Assembly: GCF_009914755.1 (NCBI RefSeq)
Contig: NC_060942.1
Length of the DNA: 64,000 bases
Direction: 5' to 3' (one strand)
From: the human T2T-CHM13v2.0 reference genome, Homo sapiens
The notes beneath the pieces were generated by a model. The model ran no database searches, was not told where the DNA came from, and worked only from the letters and a program-made list of their open reading frames with translations. Positions within the stretch are counted from its first letter, which is position 1; each line of letters opens with the position of its first letter. Shown here one piece after another: positions 54,188-64,000 of the stretch. A program made the translations under genes and the position numbers.

Positions 54188-54500
54188 GGCCAGGCGCCGG
54201 TGGCTCACGCCTGTAATCCCAGCACTTTGGGAGGCCGAGGTGGGTGGATCATGACGTCAGGATTTCAAGACCAGCCTGGCCAAGATGGTGAAATCCTGTC
54301 TCTACAAAAAAAAATAAAAAATAAATTAGCCGGGCATGGTGGCAGGCGCCTGTAATCCCAGCTACTTGGGAGGCTGAGGCAGAGAATTGCTTGAACCCGG
54401 GAGGCAGAGGTTGCAGTGAGCCGATGTCGCACCATTGCACTGCAGCCTGGGCGACAGAGTGAGACTCTGTCTCAAAAATAAAATAAATAAAATAAAATAA
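54188..54500 (+). mobile_element. Alu (AluSg-like) with TSD agccaacac
   Basis: Dimeric consensus, (AAAAT)n tail, flanking repeat. Confidence 0.95.
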
Positions 54501-56154
54501 GCCAACACAGGAGGTTACCCATCTGTCTCTGTATCATGTACTGCTACCCTGTCATTTCACTCATTTCTCCTTCCCAGGTCCTAAGTTGAAGTGGTCATAT
54601 TTGCCTTGTCAAATCTATTGTTTTCAAATCTTATAACTAATGTATGCCCCCTCTAATTCTCTCTACTCTGAAATAATTTGGAATTATCATAACATAATTC
54701 ATAGGGATGTATCATATCAAATTCCCAAGCCATCCTGTCAGTAGATACCTTCCTACTTGGTTAAGGAGAATATCAGGACCATATTGATATTCAGGAGTAT
54801 CTACTTCAACCAAGAAAAGCTCCCTTCTTTTCCCATATCAAATCTGCCTTTTATTTAAGGGTTCCTGATAATTTAGAATCTCAGTTGCTGTTAGATGTCC
54901 TGATGACTACTGAATATGTTACCAAACAAGGCTCACTTCTTGCTTTTCTCTTTCCAGGATAGTCAAGAGGTGACTTGAAAGGAGTGAACTAAAGGAATTG
55001 GTAGTGTAATAAGACCACTGAGCAGTTAGCTGTAGACTGTGTGTACACCAAGAAATGGGATAAAATCCTCTGAAGAGTGGGAGACTCCAGAAAGAATCTA
55101 GCCCATTTGTTCCTTAAACTTCAAAATACCCCTTATTAGAAGGTTCTCACTCTTTTTAGAAGTCCAACAAATAAGACATTTGCCTAGAACATCCTTAAGA
55201 GCTAGTCCTCAATTCTTGAATGTATTTTCTCTTCCTTCTATATTTTCCAAATTCTGCTGTTTTAAAATTTTTTCAAATGTCAGATTTTGAATAACCAACC
55301 CAAATACCTATTTTCATCCCAGTATAAACTTGAAACAAGTATGTGTTGTCACCCTTTCTACCCTCCACATCTCATTAGAAAGCTGGTAATTGGTTATATA
55401 GTCTTAAAGCTATATGGAATTACAATTTTGAACATTTGATTCAGCATCCCTAGAAAATGTTTGTTCCTCATTTTCCCTTTCTCCAAAGGCTCTTCAAACT
55501 TAACTCCCGGCAAACAAACCTATTAGGTGGTCCTCTCCCTCCTAGAATCCTAGAGGACAAAACTTACCCCATAGTCAACCTAATTTTCCATGTCCTTGAG
55601 GAAAACATCTTACACACCCCATAGATGAGGTAGTCCACATGTATCACTACACAGAAAAGAATGTTCTCTGAAAACTCTATATTCTCTAGCCAGGCGGTAT
55701 ATAGAGGGACCCACCTGGAGAGCAGATGTCCCTTCAGCTACAAAGAAGCCACATATTTGTTGAGCCAAACAGAATCCTCTGTCCTCTAATGTGAAATTCA
55801 CTTAGGGACTCTAACATCATAGCTGTGCTCTTTCAGAAGTGTAATCTCCAGTTTCTCCCCTTTACATCAGAGGAGTGCCTCCAGGCGCCACCAGGAGCCT
55901 GAATCTGGGTCTCTGACCATGCCACCCACCTCACCTGGGCCTCACTGACCATATGTTGTTGATGCAGTTTAGTTACTCCTCACTCTAACAGCTAATGGGA
56001 AGCAGTGGTTTCCAGTCCTTGGAGAAACTCCACTTTCAACATCTAATGGTCAGTAGTAACCCCAAAGGATAGAGGCCCAGATCTCGCATGTCAGGAATTA
56101 GTTATAGGAATCTTGTAAGGATGGTATAAGCTGTTATGTACAAATCTCTTACAA

Positions 56155-56277
56155 AATAGAGGCAGGGTCTCATCATGTTGGCCAGGTAGGTCCCAAACTC
56201 TTGAGCTCAAGGGATCCTCCTGCCTCGGCCTCCCAAAGTGCTAGGATTCTACATGCATGAGCCACCACGCCCCGCCA
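56155..56277 (-). mobile_element. Free Alu monomer
   Basis: ctcctgcctcggcctcccaaagtgctaggat. Confidence 0.85.
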
Positions 56278-56563
56278 AGAATTGCATTTTTTGTTTTGAA
56301 TTTTGGTAAAAGATAGGCAATTATTTAAGCAAATGGCCATTCCATATGAGAGCGAGAGAAGCTGAAGATAACACTGGTGTTAATCTAATAATTCCTGTGG
56401 CATTTATCATCTTTCTTTAGCCACCTTTATTTACATCTGCATTTGGGGGAAGAAATAGAGGAAAACAGGATTGGAGAGTTTATAATTTATATCAAAAGTA
56501 TAAGGAAATAATTATTTTTTGTGAATATATGAGATAAATACTCATCTTTATCACAATATGAAC

Positions 56564-56860
56564 TTTTTTTTTTTTCTTTAAGAGACAGGGCCTTGCTCTG
56601 TCACTTAAGTTGAAGTGCAGTGGCACAATTATAGCTTACTGCAGCCTTGAACTCTTGGGCTCAAGTGATCCTCCCACCTCAGCCTCCCGAATAACTGGGA
56701 CTACAGGCGTGAGCCACCATGCCTAAGATTTGTATTTTTATTTTTTGTAGAGACAAGGTCTTGCTATGTTGCAAGTCTTGAACTCCTAGGCTCAGGCGAT
56801 CCTACTGTCTTGGCCTCTTAAAGTGCTCGGGTTATAGACATGGGTCACTGTGATTGGCCC
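56564..56860 (-). mobile_element. Alu (AluJ-like)
   Basis: Antisense dimeric consensus. Confidence 0.92.
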
Positions 56861-58388
56861 AATCTGAGCGAAATTCTTTTTCAAGTGAGATAGCCATCAT
56901 CGTCTGGTATTAATTGATCACCTACCAGGATGAAGGAAGGTGTGCTTTATGCAAATTGGTATTTTACCATAAAATCTTTTATACAACCTAATACAACCTA
57001 TTTATGAGGGAATAGGTTTCACAATTAATGGATAAAAAATGATGATGTAAATTATGTGGTAAAAGAACTCTTGGAAACATATAATGTATTGGACCCTGAG
57101 AAAAAAACATTTTGAAATTTCTAGCTTGAATAATTGGACAAGTTGTGGGAATAGTAATAAAAATAGGGATATCAGGAAAACGGGAAATTTTGGAGAAATG
57201 ATAATGAGGTTTGTTTTAGGTAGCACTTCTCAAGAGGGGATGGGGTGGGGACGTATTAAAATGTGAAGATGATTAAGTGTTCATATTAGAAAATTGAGAA
57301 ATTCTGTTTTGAACGAACCGAGTTTGAGATTTTGGTGGAATAGCAAGATGGATGTGACTAGTGATAAAGTGACAGTGCAGATTATTACTGTCTCTGAGCC
57401 TGTTCATGCTGGACTCTGAATTAGGTGCCTGGATACATTGTCTTACATAGCATCAGCACAGAACTGACATTAGCATAGAACTGACATTACCCCCCCAGTT
57501 CCTGATCTCAAAAGGTTTAGGTAACTTGTATTTAAACCTGAGTCTTCTATGTCAGAACCCTGGTTTTTATTCCTGGCTGCTTGGGAATATTGGAATAATA
57601 TGCAGACTGTATATGTGTTTATAGAAGTAACTGGCTTTTTTGTGGTTTTAACTTTACCCCTACTTTATCTATCACACAAAATTAGTTACCTTTTTTAAAA
57701 AGTCTACATGACATGACAGATGTAGTTTCTCTTCTGGCTTAACCTGCTGACAGTACCGTACATAGGAATAGATTTAAGACTTTCAAACATCTGTTAATTT
57801 ACCATATGCTTTTAAAACTGCAACAGTTTAGAGGAAACAAAATATCAAGGGGCATTACCTAAAATATTCCTCCTAATTCTGATGACTGACTTAAATTCCT
57901 TTTATGTAATCCACAAATGTCTAGTGAAAGAGTAGAGTTTGTACCACACTATGCTTAAGCTTCCAGGTAAGACAAGTTCCAAGCTCTTTGACTAGAGTCA
58001 TCTTAGTCTCTCCTAAGTCATCAGAGTAGTTATCAGAATTAATGTTCTTGTCTTGATTGATAATAGTGTCATCAGGGAGTTAATTTTTTAAATCATTAAC
58101 CAAAGTAGAGTTTGTTGAACTCAATACAAATTTGAAAGGAATAACTTGAAAAAAATGAAAAAAGAAATTGTAAGGATTTTCCCCCATAAACACAGAAAAT
58201 TACATAAACAGTTGTAAGACCTTTCTAGACCAATGAATTTTAGATACTCAGACAGCGATAGGCCAATAGGCCATTTCAGAGTAGGGCCAGGGAAAGTTTA
58301 GGTTGATATTTAGTGTATATGTGTGTGTATCTGTCTGTCTAATTAACTTCTCCAACTCCTGATATTTTCATTATTTATTGTCCCATAG

Positions 58389-58487
58389 ATACGAAATGTG
58401 GAAACGAATCAGTGTCTAGATAACATGGCTAGAAAAGAGAATGAAAAAGTTGGAATTTTTAATTGCCATGGTATGGGGGGTAATCAG
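58389..58487 (+). CDS. GALNT1: GALNT1 exon 10: ricin-B lectin alpha repeat
   Basis: Acceptor tcccatag; [33 protein letters not shown]; donor CAG|gtgagt. Confidence 0.97.
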
Positions 58488-59000
58488 GTGAGTATCTTAG
58501 AAAACTCTTAAAAGGGATAATTTTCAGATTGTTTTTACTTTGCCTTTTTTTTATACCATGACATCATTCAGGAAATATTTTCCTTCCTTTAAAGAGAAAA
58601 TAATAAAGACTTTTAGGTGAAGGAAGCTTTCAATCCAGTGATTTTTTTTTTTAATGAAACATTTGTGAAAGGCCCATTGTGAGAACTATGTTTACATTGC
58701 TGAGCACAAAATTTATTTTGCCCTTTTTATTCAAACAGATGACAACCCTTGACAATACATTCAGTGTATACAGAGAGCTCAAGGTCATTTTTGCTTCAGC
58801 TTGTAAGCAAGAAAATGAGTAACATAACATCAATGTAAATTAGTGGTAGCTTTTCTGAGTCACTTTATTCTTCATTACTTTAATAAAGTACATAAATCAT
58901 GTACCTTGAAATACTTGTATTTTCCCTGACAGCTAATTGGGCATTTAAAATGCTGACTAATTTATTTTTTCTGTTTATGTGTGTGCATTTTTATTTCCAG

Positions 59001-59135
59001 GTTTTCTCTTATACTGCCAACAAAGAAATTAGAACAGATGACCTTTGCTTGGATGTTTCCAAACTTAATGGCCCAGTTACAATGCTCAAATGCCACCACC
59101 TAAAAGGCAACCAACTCTGGGAGTATGACCCAGTG
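59001..59135 (+). CDS. GALNT1: GALNT1 exon 11: ricin-B lectin beta repeat
   Basis: Acceptor tttccag; [45 protein letters not shown]; donor GTG|gtaagt. Confidence 0.97.
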
Positions 59136-59803
59136 GTAAGTTATGCAGTTGCCTATAGTAATAAAATTATGTGTGTCACTGGGTATATTTATATACTTTA
59201 TATCTAAAGGAATGAGTTCTTGTGGACCTTGAATATGGATCAAACTTGTCTTATACACTAAATATTGACAGGCGGGAAAAATAAGTAAAATAAATGTGTT
59301 TTAATCTCCCTAATAATTAAATTTTAGTCTTATAAAATCACAGTTGCCTCCAATCCCTGGGTCCTTGTTTACTGAGTAGCCACTGTTCCTTCTGTATGTC
59401 TTCAAGTTCTATAGTCTAGTTTGGGAGAAATGAGGCAGAAAGTAGGCTTTTAAAATTACTTAATTAAACACTTCAGTGAAAGATAAGTTTTAATTAATAA
59501 AGTTCTCTGGCTTGTGATGATTTCCCAGTGACATATATGACAGAACCTTTCCTATTTATCTTTCCTTTTGTCTGGAACCTTTCTCTCCACCACCATCAAA
59601 TGGGCTCACATGGAAGTACTTAAAAGGTATTAGTTCAATTAAAGCATCCGTGGTAAACCTCTTTCCACCTATTTGCCTAATTTTTCAACTTGTGCTTTTG
59701 CCAGGTTCTGGAACCAGCACCAACATCTTCAATATTTCTTTCTCTGGTTCTTTTTAATTTGGCTTAACTTCTGTAAGGCATTTAGTGCCACTAAACAGAT
59801 GAC

Positions 59804-60109
<306 letters not shown>

Positions 60110-60435
60110 TAATTTATTTTTTTTTATTTTTTATTTTATTTATTTATTTTTTTGAGATGGAGTCTCGCTCTTATCGCCCAGGCTGGAGTGCAGTGGTGCA
60201 ATCTCGGCTCATGCAACCTCCACCTCCCTGGTTCAAGCTATTCTCCTGCCTCAGCCTCCTGAGTAGCTGGGATTACAGGTGCCCGCCACCATGCCCGGCT
60301 AATTTTTGTACTTTTAGTAGAGACAGGGTTTCTCCATGTTGGCCAGGCTGGTCTTGAACTCCTGACCTCAGGTGATCTGCCCACCTCGGCCTCCCAAAGT
60401 GCTGGGATTACAGGCATGAGCCACTGCACCCAGCC
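60110..60435 (-). mobile_element. Alu (AluSx-like) with 16-bp TSD ctggcctgatattttc
   Basis: TSD at 60094-60109 and 60435-60450, overlapping the 5' end of the neighbouring older Alu. Confidence 0.95.
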
Positions 60436-61019
60436 TGGCCTGATATTTTCATATCCTCTTATGCCTTGGCCATAAGATGCACTACTGTTTAGGTTCTTCT
60501 CTTAGTTTGCTCTCTGTTCCTTTTGTTGGCCTGGCTCTCTCTCCTTCTTCGTCCTACTCCTTAAATGGAAATGTTGTCCCAAGTTACTGACTTTGGCCAT
60601 CTTTCCTCCCTTTACTGTGTCATACACCAACCATGGTCTACTTTAATCATCAATATGCTGTTCTCTGAACATACCTTATACTTTCCTAGTTCACATCTAA
60701 GATAATATGGTTCCCTCTGCCTGACACACCTTACCCATTCTTAAGAACCCAGCTTTGACATCACTTCCATGAATCCTAACCTGAAATTAACTCTGTCAAT
60801 CTTAATTACAGTCATCTCTGACCTCTATAAAGCTGTACTTGTTTGTAGTTATTTATCTAGCAATCTTTTCTCCACTATTAGATTGTTAGATCCTAGAGGA
60901 CAGAGATCATCTTTTATAAATCCTGGGTCTCCTTTCACAATGTCAGGCTATAGAAAAAATGATATTACCTATAATAATAGCTCAGTTAATATGGCCATTG
61001 GAAATGGCCTGAATGCTCT

Positions 61020-61170
61020 GTTCTAGGGTTTCCCATGGTATGTGCCACTGCCATTTTGGGTGTGACTGCCCCATGCATTGCAGGGTATGTAGCATCTCTG
61101 GCTCCAGATAGTAAGTGCTAGTGGCACCCCATAGCCGTTGTGACAACCACAAAATTTTAAAAATGAAAAA
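61020..61170. mobile_element. MER20-like hAT fragment
   Basis: ccccatgcattgcagggtatgtagcatctctggc...gttgtgacaacc. Confidence 0.6.
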
Positions 61171-61199
61171 CCTCTTAAGTTTATTGGAAAATGACAGTA

Positions 61200-61650
61200 T
61201 ATTAATTAGGCAGTATTTTTAGAAACCTATTTATTATAGCTAAAACAAATAGGGATTTATTTTTCTTACATAAGTCTAGAGGTAAGTAAATTCAGTGGCA
61301 TAGTGATGTCAGGGATAACGTTGTTGTAATATTCTTAGCTTTTCCTTGTGGCCATAAGGTGGTTGCTGCAGCTTTATCGCATCCCAACTCCAGGCAGAAA
61401 GAAAAGGGAAAGAGGAATGGTACACTACCACATGTGTTGCTCTTTATTAGCAAAGTAAAAGGTTTTTCTGGAACCCCCTTAGCAGGCTCTGCTTATGTCT
61501 TATGGACCAGAACATCCCATGGTGACCCCCAGCTGCAAAGGAAGCTGGGAAAGCAAGTCTTTGGTTTTCTAGTCGTTAGAGTGTGAGATGGCCAAGAGAT
61601 AGAGGGATTGGGAAAGACTGTTGGCTAGCCAACCTACACAGTCTACCACA
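61200..61650. mobile_element. MLT1-like MaLR LTR
   Basis: aaggtggttgctgcagct; tggaccagaacatcccatggtgaccccagctgcaaaggaagctggga-like motifs. Confidence 0.6.
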
Positions 61651-61720
61651 ACAGTATTCCAAAAGTAAATGTTTGATGAAACAGGTAAGAAGCTGGAGAT
61701 AAGAGTATTTAGAAAGAGCC

Positions 61721-62021
61721 GGCCGGGCGCGGTGGCTCAAGCCTGTAATCCCAGCACTTTGGGAGGCCGAGGTGGGCGGATGACGAGGTCAGGAGATCGA
61801 GACCACAGTGAAACCTCGTCTCTACTAAAAATACAAAAAATACACCATACAGGCATGGTGGCAGGCACCTGTAGTCCCAGATACTCAGGAGGCTGAGGCA
61901 GGAGAATGGCGTGAACCCAGGAGGCGGAGTTTGCAGTGAGCCGATACCGCGCCACTGCACTCCAGCCTGGGCGACAGAGTGAGACTCCATCTCAAAAAAT
62001 AAAATTAAATTTTAAAAAAAA
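61721..62021 (+). mobile_element. AluY/Sc-like with TSD aaagagcc
   Basis: ggccgggcgcggtggctc; direct repeat at 61713-61720 and 62019-62026. Confidence 0.95.
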
Positions 62022-64000
62022 GAGCCAGTTATGAGTGTGAAGTTTTAAAACTTCTAGATCGCTTTGCAAGGTTTTTTCCTGCTGAGATAAAACATTAATG
62101 CTGGGGATTGATTTCTCCCAGAAGCAGACTCGAAGATAAAGTTGAGCATTCAGGATGTTTGTTAGGGAGCACTTTCTGGGCCAATATCTGTAAAAGGAAT
62201 ACCTCCCTCTCCCTGGGCAGAGGGAGAAGTTGAGTTGCAATGCAGGTCCAACAGCCTGAGCAGACTACAGGGAAAGCACTGGAGGGGAACAGCCCATCAG
62301 AATCGTCCTGCCTCCATCCATTGAAAACTTAACAGTCTAGAAAAATAACAGAATACTTATGTCCATTATCTGTAATCTAAAATCATGAATTCTTAGATTT
62401 CAAAGCAACCCTAGAAATTAAACCCAGGATACTTTTTATACAAGTAGAAATTGAAACTCAGAATTAATTTCCCAAGGAAATTAATTGCCCAAGGTCTCTG
62501 AGCAGCCAGATAGTATGACTAGATCTCAAATCTGGAATTCTAGATTCTCGATCCAGGTTTCTTTGCACAGTACCACGCTATTTTTGATTAATAGTTTTGA
62601 GTCTTGCTTGTATTACATATTACATAAAATTTACAATAAGGCACTGGGCTCTTTTGCTTTGACTACTTGTATCTGTCCTTTCTGGAATAAAATGCAGATT
62701 TTAGACCTAGTTACATCTAGAAATTAGGAGTAGGAGCTTGGCAAATTATTTTTTCTAGGATGCAGGTAGACTTTACTAAATGATTAATTATAGCTTTTAT
62801 CCTCTCCTTCAAAGGTTACGGTTAGATGCTTGTCACTTGCTTGTCCTGATGCCTTAGTCCAGCTCTCTCTGAATGGAGACTAGTTGGTGTTGCCTGAGTC
62901 CTCTGAGGAGTGCTGTGATGACAGCATCCTACCCACAAGGTTCCAAGCCACAAGGCTCTGTGCCTGCTGTCAGCAGCCAGAGTTGTATCTGGAACAGGGT
63001 TCTCCACCAGAGTCTAGGCTTCCTGGGGGTGCTGCTCACCTTCCAAGTTATGGGGATTCTGTCCTGATGTCGAATAGTTAAATACTCAGCACAGAGCAAT
63101 AACCTATGTGTTTGTGATGGGTTTATTTTAATGAATCTAGATGAGTGAAATGCACATTTTTAGAAACTAGGTTAAGAGAGACCAACTCTCCCAACTAAAT
63201 TTTTTGTTGTGCCTAGTTGGGGGTTTTTTGTTTTTAGTAATAGTGACCATGGGCCTGATGAGGGAGGCCACTGGGATAAGCTTTGCGGGAACTCCCGGAA
63301 TGTTTGAGAGGTTCTCTTGTTCTGGTCTTTCCTGAGACTGAAGCCACTGGCAGCAATGTGCACGCTGAGCCGCAGCGCTCTGGCTGCTGGATTGTGTCCA
63401 TGACTGCTCAGGACGTTGCCAGGATGTTGTGTTTTCCAATAATAAGCATTACTCTATAAATGCAAATTACCATTGTATGTAAATGTCATTGTACCATTTA
63501 TCAAGCATTTACTCTGGGATAGGCAGCACTTTATGTACATTATCTCAGTGTTTCCTCATAAAAACCCGGTGAGGTATTTTTGTCCCCATTTTATAGATGA
63601 GGAAACTGGGTCTCAAAGAGTTTAGGTTTTTGCTCAGAAGCATATAGTTGGTGTGTGACAAATCTGGAAATCACCCCAGGAATGTCTGACTGCAAAGCCC
63701 CTCCTCTCAATAAACTACACAAAGTCTGCATTAAAAAAAGAAAAAAAAATTCCCACAGCCATGCTGACTCTCTTCTAGGTTCTAGTCTTATATTTGGAAG
63801 CATTAAAGATAGAATCCTGAACCTAAAGACAGTATCAGTAGTGACATCTGCAAAGATAGACTGTCATCTGCCAGGTCCTACTTTGACCACAACACGGAAG
63901 AATAATAAATGACTGGAAGCCTAAGTAGTTGTATACAATTATTAGATTTTGTTTTAAGTTCTAATAGGTGCAAAAAAGGCCTCATGAAAATGAAATGTTT

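Noticed and set aside
55870-55900. gccaccaggagcc CTCF-like motif
   Set aside because: Mismatches at key 3' core positions.
57955-57975. ttccag|gtaaga as a possible recursive splice site
   Set aside because: Weak pyrimidine tract in a ~10 kb intron; such motifs are expected by chance.
60780-60800. KLTL reading, like the start of the final GALNT1 exon
   Set aside because: No AG acceptor and no continuing lectin gamma-repeat sequence; coincidental.
62790-62883. Pyrimidine tract with AAG acceptor at 62814 giving VTVRCLSLACPDALVQLSLNGD* as an alternative last exon
   Set aside because: AAG acceptors are rare, there is no QxW or convincing lectin homology, and nothing else supports it.

Overview
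This is eukaryotic (human or other hominoid) genomic DNA covering most of GALNT1, polypeptide N-acetylgalactosaminyltransferase 1, on the + strand. Ten GT-AG coding exons can be read by hand: 10139-10277, 19116-19290, 33082-33248, 38883-39090, 42508-42678, 44665-44782, 46504-46684, 47673-47812, 58389-58487 and 59001-59135. They splice in frame to 1533 nt (511 codons) encoding the N-terminal membrane anchor, stem, GT-A catalytic domain (DAH and WGGEN motifs) and the first two ricin-lectin repeats. The promoter, first exon and last coding exon lie outside the window. Exon numbers assume one upstream non-coding exon. Introns are full of Alu, L1, L2, MIR, MaLR and DNA-transposon fossils, plus a solo MER11 LTR with an intact 6-bp TSD. 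Almost all ORFs in the supplied track are repeat-derived noise, and there is no prokaryotic-type system (no CRISPR, tRNA or operon). The most unusual signals are short local copies of the gene's own sequence: an 89-bp copy of the exon-3 donor that completes a candidate 53-nt poison exon, a decayed copy of the exon-8 acceptor with an immediate stop, and a 104-bp inverted copy inserted into an L1. Also notable are a perfect 22-bp hairpin, three uORFs in three frames, and Alu-flanked phase-0 lectin exons that would form a stop-less circle. The sequences are seen directly; any function is inference. Repeat subfamily names and boundaries are approximate and from recall.
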